A DNA stretch of 63,764 nt, counting the filler, from Octopus bimaculoides (lineage: Eukaryota), in the NCBI RefSeq assembly GCF_001194135.2. It is 6 parts of 6 records of this genome, joined end to end, with 100 filler letters (N's around TTAATTAATTAA, not from the genome) between each part and the next. Parts side by side here need not be neighbours in the genome. Positions count along the whole stretch, not along the records: positions 5,482 to 29,838 come from NC_068983.1; positions 29,939 to 33,404 come from NC_068994.1; positions 33,505 to 44,059 come from NC_068984.1; 3 more parts are not named here. The stretch is one strand, 5' to 3'. Below the pieces are notes generated by a model. It had not been told where the DNA came from, ran no database searches, and worked only from the letters and a program-made list of their open reading frames with translations. Shown piece by piece: positions 26,986 through 35,679 of the stretch (positions are counted from its first letter, which is position 1; the number at the start of each line of letters is the position of its first letter). The translations under genes were made by a program, and so were the position numbers.

Positions 26986-27341
26986 TCAGATAAACATTCA
27001 TGCTTTGTCTGCTTTCGTTCTATCCGCTGTAATACAATAGATCAGAGTCTATCTTAGCAGGCAATTCTATAATTAATTGGGACTTCAACCAATCGTTTCT
27101 TAGAAACCAAATGTCATCTTATCACTATAATTCTGAAAGCATCGGAGTTATTGGCACTCACTCTTTTTCCATGAAGGGTAAAAAAAGAGACACAAATGTT
27201 AAATATCTCTTTGAACGTTTAAATGTAGCATCCACTATTTTTTATGCACAAAGCCTAGCATTCACACATGCGCACATATGCACATATGCACATAGACACA
27301 TGCACACATACACTCACACGCACATACACACACGTAGCGCG

Positions 27342-27468
<127 letters not shown>

Positions 27469-28002
27469 ACACATACATACATTCACACATACACATATTC
27501 GCCTATACTGTATACATATACAAAATATTATAATTAGTAAACAGATAAATGAATAGAAAAGTAAAACAATAGATAAAATAAAGAAATAAAAATTTACATA
27601 AATTTAATATAAGGTGCTAAATGCTATGGATGATTCTTATTGGTTTAGTGAGAGATAAATATGTTGTCACGATTCAGGATGGATAGGAATTTGAAAAAAC
27701 GCCGTTGTAATGCTTGACTAGTTGGGGTTTATTTATCGACCGTTATTGATTAGGGTATGTAGGTGCATATTTGAATGCAGTTGACGAGAATAGGAAACGT
27801 CAAGTATATAGTGGCTCATACATATTTTAATTGAGCAAATATGTGCAGAAGATAAATAAAATAAATATATAAATAAATATGCATATGAATACATGTATAT
27901 CTGCGCACATAGATGCATGCGTATCGATAAATATAAAACATAGACATAAACACACGCATGCATATATATAAAAGAATTATATATATATATATATGAAAAT
28001 TA

Positions 28003-28889
28003 GGCATAACTACAGGGTTTTACCCCCCAGACTTTTGGAGGTCATAACTTTCAGAAAAATGAATATTTTTTAATGAAATTTTCTATGCATATAGTATTTA
28101 CTACGTAGAATCCTGTGAAAGTGTTTTCAATCTTGCAAAAACACGAAGATTAAGAATAAACAGAAAAAGTACACAAATATATTTTACATAGTTGTCGAAT
28201 ACGTCGGTTTTGTTTATAATAACATACGTTTAGTCACTGTTTCAGTACGTGTTTGTGTTCTTCATTGATCTTATGTGAAATCTTGTACTAGTTAAAACAT
28301 GTTTGTTTAAACAAAACCGACGTATACGACAGGTATGTAAAATATATTTGTGTNNNNNNNNNNNNNNNNNNNNNNNNNNNNNNNNNNNNNNNNNNNNNNN
28401 NNNNNNNNNNNNNNNNNNNNNNNNNNNNNNNNNNNNNNNNNNNNNNNNNNNNNNNNNNNNNNNNNNNNNNNNNNNNNNNNNNNNNNNNNNNNNNNNNNNN
28501 NNNNNNNNNNNNNNNNNNNNNNNNNNNNNNNNNNNNNNNNNNNNNNNNNNNNNNNNNNNNNNNNNNNNNNNNNNNNNNNATAACCTGCAGTTGTTTCCTT
28601 CAAAATTCCTACATGCTCGAAATGTACATACATCAAGGTATATTTGTAGAAAATTTCACGAAAAAATATTCATTTTCCTGGAAGTTAAGAAGAATTTAAG
28701 TGGACTCTGTTGGAATTTCCGAAAATTGTCCCCCACCCCCATTCCAAAACACTTTCACCGGAAATTTTTGTATATTCGGATTCTACATAGTAAATACTAT
28801 ATGCATAGAAAATTTCATTAAAAAAATATTCATTTTTCTGAAAGTTATGACCTCCCAAAATCTGGGGGGTAAAACCCTGTAGTTATGCC
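28003..28889. mobile_element. non-autonomous DNA transposon with about 111-bp TIRs and 8-bp TSD GAAAATTA (Merlin-like)
   Basis: 28003-28113 is the reverse complement of 28778-28889 with few mismatches. Termini GGCATAAC...GTTATGCC. gaaaatta at 27995-28002 and 28890-28897. Confidence 0.9.
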
Positions 28890-29765
28890 GAAAATTATAT
28901 GCAGGCGTATGGATATGGCTACAGAAAAAACACACTTATATCGGTAGGGAGATGGACAAAAGTAGCGGAAAAGAGAATTTAGAGGGAAACCAAAAAAGGT
29001 GGTGGGGTTGGTGGGGGAGTTCTAATAGATATTTAATTTATGGGTAGAGACTATTAGGCTAAGTGAAATAGCAGATGCTTACAAACCAAATTAGATTTAA
29101 TATTAGTAATACTAGACGGTAGGAAGACCTGTGGAGGACAGATTAACTAAAGATAGGGGTAAAAAGGAGAATAGGGTTGTTAATAATCTATAAATTACTT
29201 ATATTTGAGTTTGTTGTACACAGGTTTGATATGAATAAAAATAGAAATAGATGTTATGTTAATAGCGCTAAACAGTAAGAAACTAGGATGAGAATAATTC
29301 GAGGTTCCCGTTGAGAAATTATTTACTATAAGGGAGATATGTTTATCAGGTGTGATGTTAATATTCTAAAAAACCGATAGAAAAGAAAAAAAAATAAGAA
29401 GAAGAATATGATGATTAAATTATCAATATATTGTGAAAGAAACTCGGTATGTACCGGTTTTTGGAAAGTTAAGGTCTGCCACGTACGCAACCAACCAGGA
29501 TTTTCATTCGACAACTTTTTATAAGAAAGGTGTTGGCTTCAATTTTCTTGACATTAAACATCATGTTTTGGAAATCCTTAACTACTTATTGGTTTGACAG
29601 AAACATACATGTAGGTTCTTCTTACGCTTTCATTGACTTTTTTGAGGTTTCAAATTCCAATTCATTTGTAATGTTATTTTTTTTAATAAAAAACGTCATC
29701 TTTCTACAACATGCATATAGATCAGTAATCACATCCATTTATTCTTCATTTTCTTCTCCTTGTTC

Positions 29766-29838
<73 letters not shown>

Positions 29839-30337
29839 NNNNNNNNNNNNNNNNNNNNNNNNNNNNNNNNNNNNNNNNNNNNTTAATTAATTAANNNNNN
29901 NNNNNNNNNNNNNNNNNNNNNNNNNNNNNNNNNNNNNNTTTATATATTGGCGACTTTCATTTTTTTTATCTTGCCTTAATTCTGTCATATTATTAATTAA
30001 AACTCTTCCTGCCTATATATAAAATAATATTTGCGTCATATCTGTTTCCGATACTGTCCTGCTTTTTCATTTTATATAGAAAACGTTGATTTAATTAGTT
30101 TGATAAGTGCCACTGCACGAAACTCTCGAACTTTCAGTCACTATGTAACTTTCTCCGATCAATAAATCTATATTTATTGAGACTGACTCAACATAAGTTC
30201 TATTTTTCATGTTTTTATTCAATTAATCTGCAATTTTCTTCTTGTATTAGATGGATAACCCACTCTCCATTTACAGCAAGTAGCGAGCGTCTCATTTTTT
30301 ACCTGTGTGCTAAATTCGACTACTTATGACTAACGCA

Positions 30338-30349
30338 TGCGCATGCGCA
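30338..30349. promoter_or_regulatory. perfect NRF1/EWG-type palindrome TGCGCATGCGCA
   Basis: Exact consensus match in unique sequence; function unverified. Confidence 0.25.
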
Positions 30350-31013
30350 AATTTGTGACATGCACGCTCCCAGAACTCGGATCCACACTTCTCCAGTAGT
30401 GCCAAATTTTGAAACTGAGTTTGTACCCCCTAAGCAAATTTTGTTCCCGGGCCACTGTCAACGCCAATATATTGTTATTGTTCCTGAACTTACACTGTCC
30501 ACCACTTATTTGTTTTCTATACCTGCCACGGACTGCTTGAAGGTTAGAAACTTCCCACACTTGGATCCCTGGATCTAAGCCTTATATATCGCGTTCTTGT
30601 TTTTGTATACATTCGCTGCTTTCTTCCAAGGAATCTAATGCTCTTTGTTTAGTTTTTCCTTGAGGCTGGCCAGATTGGAGCAATATCGAGAATAAGCAGC
30701 CGAAATTGTATGTGTGTATTTGCATGCTAGTATGTATATGCGTATGTGTTTATGTACGCGTTTGCAATTATACATGTCCTGGATTCGATCCCACTGCAGA
30801 GCAACGTGCGCAAGTGTTACCACAGACTCGGGTTTGCCCAAACCTTGTGAGGGAAATTGGGAAGACGGAGACAAAATCGAAACCTGTCAGATGGATTGTG
30901 CTTGTAATACAAAGATACAATCTTGTCATACATTGTGCTATACTTATTCCACCTGAAGAATGCGTTAAAAGTACACGTCATACAGTTCTATATTTAAGAG
31001 ATGAAGAATTATG

Positions 31014-31290
31014 TACATTATTTACATTTGACGGATATAGTGTGGTGGTTAAGAACTCGGGCTACTAACCCCAAGATTCCGAGTTCGATTCTAGGCAGGG
31101 ACCTGAATAATAATAATAACAATAATAATAATAATAATAATAATAACAACGAAAAATACCTTAGGAATGAGAACCCAGGTTCGAAATTTCCCCCAAGACA
31201 CCTGATGAAAGCTGGAGGGTATATCAGCCGAAAAGTTGTGTTAACAACGAACAAGATGAGGACAAATATCCGTCAAATGTAAATAGTGTA
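31014..31290 (+). mobile_element. tRNA-headed SINE-like element with (AAT)n, hammerhead motif and 25-bp inverted termini
   Basis: A-box-like tagtgtggtggtt and B-box gagttcgattc (about 31038-31100), (AAT)n 31106-31150, HHR 31197-31242. 31014-31038 is the reverse complement of 31266-31290 at 24/25 positions. Confidence 0.7.
31197..31242 (+). ncRNA. minimal type I hammerhead ribozyme motif (two apparent substitutions)
   Basis: Stem I gacac/gtgtt, CTGATGA, stem II gctg/cagc, GAAA, aaagtt (one change from the palindrome aacgtt), GUU triplet. Confidence 0.6.
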
Positions 31291-31411
31291 AATAATGTAA
31301 ATAAAGTACACTGGTGGTGCGTTTTCGATTAAAAATACGTGCTGTTTTTGTGTTGTTGTTGCTTTGGGATTTTCTTTCGAAAACACCCACTCCTTCCATT
31401 ATTTGTTTCCT

Positions 31412-31690
31412 CTATTGCAGGCGATGACAAACATAGCTTTCCGACCTGATCTTCCATATCTCACATGCTTTCCACGAGGACTTTAAACAATCCTCAACTT
31501 GTAGTCTTGGCTTCTGTTCGAGGCGCTTTCCATAAATAGGTTCACAGTATAGCAACTGTTTGGGGATCTTCCGATCATTCATCCGAACGAGGTTGTCCAG
31601 TCTACTTAAACGGTTCTTGAGCACTAACAGTCCCACGCTCAGTACGTTGGATCCCTTCAATATCTCTGTATCTGGAGTCTGCTAGAACCA
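31412..31690 (-). mobile_element. RTE/BovB-like LINE 3' fragment
   Basis: LVRMNDRKIPKQLLYCE...GKR...PRLQVEDCLKSSWKACEI matches the RTE C-terminal GHV.RM...R.PKQLLYGEL..G.R..G.P...YKD.LK. Confidence 0.78.
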
Positions 31691-31961
31691 GCCAACATCA
31701 TGTATGTATGTTTGTATGTATGTATGTATTCTGTACGCACGTACGTATGTACGCACGTACGTATGTATGCATATATACTTTCACTATTTTTATCATCTAT
31801 TAGAATTTTTCTTAGAAAGAGGGAACTGGTTTCTTACAAAGAAACAGAACCAACATCGATGACATTCGATATCAATGATGGATAACCTAGATGTTCTATC
31901 AGCTGATCTATCTACCAGTGCATATAGTTGAGTATTCCCAAGTAACGTATATAAACAACTG

Positions 31962-32048
<87 letters not shown>

Positions 32049-32267
32049 GCGTGCGCGTGCGCGCGTATATATACATATAATTATTTAAAGCTGGTTGTTA
32101 TGGCCGGTCAGAAAGTAATCATTGGTTTCGCACCTACAAAGTACTTAGCTGTATAGGCGACTCGTCAATTGGTCGATGGTACATAACCAACTTTAAATAA
32201 TTATATCACAGCTCTAACGTTTTAGAGTGCGCTTCTTTTTCGGATATATGAATTACTTCCGATATAT

Positions 32268-32625
32268 GTGGCTGTGTGATAAGTAGCTTGCTTACCAACT
32301 ACATGGTCCCGGGTTCAGTCCCACTGCGTAGCACCTTGGGCAAGTGTCTTCTACTATAGCCTCGTAAACGGAAACTGAAAGAAGCCTAGTCGTTTATATA
32401 TGTGTGTGTGCGTGTGTTTGTGTGTCTGTGTTTGTCCCCCTCCCCCAATAACTTCACGACCGATGCTGGTGTGTTTACGTCCCCGTAACTTAGCGGTTCA
32501 ACAAAAGAGAGCGATAGGATAAGTACTAGGCTTACAAAGAATAAGTCCTGGGATTGATTTCTCCGACTCAAAGGCGGTGCTCCGGCATGGCCGCAGTCAA
32601 ATGACTGAAACAACTAAAAGAATAA
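32268..32625 (+). mobile_element. SINE family A (internal deletion)
   Basis: Same head and tail blocks as the 21570 copy. Confidence 0.85.
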
Positions 32626-32660
32626 AACATATACATGTGTACGTATGTATATTCTTTTAA

Positions 32661-33130
32661 TCTTTTATTCTTTAACTTGTTTCTGTCATTTGACTGCGGT
32701 GATACTTGAGCACTGCCTTTAGTCGAGCAAATCGAACCCAAGACTTATTCTTTGTAAGCCTAGTACTTATTCTATCGGTCATTTTTGCCGAACCGCTCGG
32801 TAACGGGAACAAACACAGACACATACACAACTATNNNNNNNNNNNNNNNNNNNNNNNNNNNNNNNNNNNNNNNNNNNNNNNNNNNNNNNNNNNNNNNNNN
32901 NNNNNNNNNNNNNNNNNNNNNNNNNNNNNNNNNNATATATGTATGTATGTATATATATATACGACGAGGTTTTTTTCAGTTTCCGTCTACCAAATCCACT
33001 CACAAGGCTTTGGCCGGCCCGAGGCTATAGTAGAAGACACTCGCCGAACGCCCAAGGTGTCACGCAGTGTGACTAAACCTGGAACCATGCGGTTGGTAAG
33101 CAAGCTACTTACCACATAGACACTCCTGCC
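32661..33130 (-). mobile_element. SINE family A, convergent with the 32268 copy
   Basis: Reverse complement of the family A tail (ttgtttc.gtcatttgactgcgg) and head (ggttggtaagcaagctacttaccaca). Confidence 0.85.
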
Positions 33131-33400
33131 ATGGTGGAGCACCGTCGTTAGTCGAAGAAATCAACCACAGGATTTATTCTTTGTAAGCCTATTACTCATT
33201 CTGTCAGTGTGTTTTACCAAACCGCTAAGTTACAGGAATGTAAACACAGCAACATCAGCTGTCAAGGAATGGTGGGGGGACACACACAAGACACAGGCAC
33301 ACACATACACAAATATACACATATATACGACAGTCTTCTTTCAGTTTCCGAGTACGAAATCCACTCACAAGATTTTGGTCAGGCTGAAGTTATAGTAAGC
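33131..33400 (-). mobile_element. older SINE family A fragment
   Basis: tttattctttgtaagcct...tcagtttccg...aaatccactcacaag; truncated by a gap. Confidence 0.7.
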
Positions 33401-33504
33401 ATATNNNNNNNNNNNNNNNNNNNNNNNNNNNNNNNNNNNNNNNNNNNNTTAATTAATTAANNNNNNNNNNNNNNNNNNNNNNNNNNNNNNNNNNNNNNNN
33501 NNNN

Positions 33505-34218
33505 GTGGAAGCTCCTGAAGTGAAACCTGTGGAGGCTCCTGAGGAGAAACTTGTGGAGGCTCCTGAAGTGAAACCTGTGGAGGCTCCTGAGGTGAAACCT
33601 GTGGAGGCTCTTGAAGAGAAACCTGTGGAGGCTCCTGAAGTGAAACCTGTGGAGGCTCCTGAGGAGAAACTTGTGGAGGCTCCTGAAGTGAAATCTGTGG
33701 AGATTCCTGAGGAGAAGCCTGTGGAGGTTCTTGAAGTGAAACCTGTGGAGGTTCGTGAGATGAAACCTGTGGAGGCTCCTGAAGAGAAACTTGCAGAGGC
33801 TCCTGAGGAGAAACTCGTGGAGGCTCCTGAGGAAAAACCTGTGGAAGCTCCTGAGATGAAACCTGTGGAAGCTCCAGAGGAGAAACCTGTGGTGCTTGCT
33901 GAGGTGAAAACTGAGGAGGCTCCTGAAGAGAAACCTGTGCTATCTGCTGAGGAGAAACTTGTGGAAGCTCTTGGAGAGAAACTTGTGGAGGTTCCTGAAG
34001 AGGGACCTATAGAGGCACCTGAGGAGAAACCTGTGGAGTCTACTGAGAAAGTAACTGTGGAGGCTTCCAAAGAGATGAAACCTGTGGAGGCTCTTGAAGA
34101 GAAACCTGTGGAGGCTCTTGAAGAGAAACCTGTGGAGGCTCCTGCAGAAAAAGCTGTGGAAGCTGTTGAAAGGATACCTGTGGAGTCTACAGAGGAGAAA
34201 TCTGTGGAGGCTCCTGAG
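33505..34218 (+). repeat. coding minisatellite, 24-nt unit (cctgtggaggctcctgaggagaaa), about 30 copies
   Basis: PVEAPE[E/V/M]K repeats are visible in both the DNA and the translation. Confidence 0.95.
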
Positions 34219-35679
34219 GTTGCATTATCGGGTGTTACTCTTCTTGATAGTAGCAAGTTAGTTGAAAAGGAAGAAACTACAGGGACTGAAATTTGTGGTG
34301 AGGCACAAGGCAAAGATTCTGACCAGATGGGTCTTTTAACAGCAATTCTTGATGAAGAAAATCGGAATGTACCATCAGGAGATAGCATTAGTGACTCTGT
34401 TGTATCAACTATATGTGAAATTGGTGTTGCAAAGAAAGTTGAACCAGAGATACCAAAGGAAAGCCAAGCGACTGAAATATCTGATATATCAGAAGTAGAT
34501 TCATTGAAGTTAAATGGTGATCACTCAGAAGCTAAACTGTCTGACAGTGGTCTTGATCATTCTGGTGTTTCCACTGAATTTCAGAATGAAGTGGCAAAAT
34601 CAAATCTTACTGCTGTTGAATCTAAAGACATTGCTGACCAAATTGGCGATATATCACTTGGAACTGCTGTTAATGCTAAAGATGAGGTAGAATCTGTGAT
34701 AAAACCTATTTCTGTTGAAGAAACTCCTCAGATTGAATCGAAAAATAATAAGGTGTCCAAAGCTGATTCTGAGAGCCAACCAATTGATACAGTCAATGAA
34801 AAGCAAGCATATTCAGATATTGAACACTTACAAAAACTAAATGGTGATTTGTTACCAAAAGATCTTGAAGAGATTGTCAAAGTAACTAAGACTGAAGATG
34901 GCAATACTGTCAACAAAGTAGAGCTGCTGGTTCAAAAGAAAGCTAAGATTTTGACCTCTGAGCAAATTATCAAAGATAACCAGAAAATGACTAAAACCAA
35001 AGATACAAAACTGAAAAAGTCTAAAAAGAAAGAGTCCAAGAGTAAAAGTCGTGGAGAAATAACTCCTGGAAAAGAAGGAGTCCGATCTAAATCCTCAAGA
35101 AGCAGTCCAGAGAAAGGTGTAAAAAAAGAGAAAAAGGCTTCATCACTCGTCAGTACTCCAAAACAGAAATCAACCTCTTCCTCTAAAGCAAATGTTCCAA
35201 GCTCAATGAAGAAATCAAAAGGGAGTAGTAGCCCTACGAAATCAAAGTCTAGTTCTTCAAAAAGCAAGGGCACAAGTAGTACAGAAAAAGCAAAACCAGT
35301 ACTTAGGTCTGTCTCTTCACCCCCCAAAGCAAGTAGTAGCCCTATAAAAACAGATAGTATTGATTCTTCAAAAGTATCTGATTCATCACTGAAGAAAGAA
35401 AACAATACTTTGCCTGCTGAGAAACCACGAGGAAGATCAACAAGTAGGAGCGTCATACTCAAGAGAACAACCAAAACTGAAAAATTAAGACTGGCAATGA
35501 TAAAAAACACTTTGGAAGCTAGTCAGAACCAAGTTGCTCCAGCATATTCACATTCTCCAAGTGCCCGCCGAATACGCAGCTGCAGTCCCCAAAAAACCTC
35601 TCGAGTGACATCACCTGATAAAAGGACAGGATCACCTTTGAAGACAAAGTCAACCACTGCCCGTTCAAGAAAAGGTTGA
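33505..35679 (+). CDS. large 5'-incomplete exon encoding a predicted disordered protein: PEVK-like octapeptide repeats, acidic linker, basic Lys/Ser/Pro-rich tail (titin-PEVK / MAP / neurofilament-tail-like composition)
   Basis: 724 codons open from the gap edge to TGA 35677-35679, including about 1.4 kb of non-repetitive sequence. The start is hidden in the gap, so the ORF-track 'M' is a GTG (Val). No recognisable globular domain. Confidence 0.85.
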   Translation: MEAPEVKPVEAPEEKLVEAPEVKPVEAPEVKPVEALEEKPVEAPEVKPVEAPEEKLVEAPEVKSVEIPEEKPVEVLEVKPVEVREMKPVEAPEEKLAEAPEEKLVEAPEEKPVEAPEMKPVEAPEEKPVVLAEVKTEEAPEEKPVLSAEEKLVEALGEKLVEVPEEGPIEAPEEKPVESTEKVTVEASKEMKPVEALEEKPVEALEEKPVEAPAEKAVEAVERIPVESTEEKSVEAPEVALSGVTLLDSSKLVEKEETTGTEICGEAQGKDSDQMGLLTAILDEENRNVPSGDSISDSVVSTICEIGVAKKVEPEIPKESQATEISDISEVDSLKLNGDHSEAKLSDSGLDHSGVSTEFQNEVAKSNLTAVESKDIADQIGDISLGTAVNAKDEVESVIKPISVEETPQIESKNNKVSKADSESQPIDTVNEKQAYSDIEHLQKLNGDLLPKDLEEIVKVTKTEDGNTVNKVELLVQKKAKILTSEQIIKDNQKMTKTKDTKLKKSKKKESKSKSRGEITPGKEGVRSKSSRSSPEKGVKKEKKASSLVSTPKQKSTSSSKANVPSSMKKSKGSSSPTKSKSSSSKSKGTSSTEKAKPVLRSVSSPPKASSSPIKTDSIDSSKVSDSSLKKENNTLPAEKPRGRSTSRSVILKRTTKTEKLRLAMIKNTLEASQNQVAPAYSHSPSARRIRSCSPQKTSRVTSPDKRTGSPLKTKSTTARSRKG

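Noticed and set aside
29050-29760. Possible decayed PLE endonuclease and tail on the minus strand
   Set aside because: Only vague similarity with many stops; no diagnostic motif could be read confidently.
30950-30985. cctgaagaatgcgttaaaagtacacgtca, possible HHR remnant
   Set aside because: No GAAA box and no convincing stem I.
31031-31105. tRNA gene (apparent ACT anticodon loop)
   Set aside because: No complete acceptor stem or cloverleaf, and it is followed by (AAT)n; a SINE head, not a functional tRNA.
33453-34388. 311-aa minus-strand ORF (STGFSSGA repeats)
   Set aside because: Antisense shadow of the 24-nt coding repeat; it ends where the repeat influence fades and runs into Ns.
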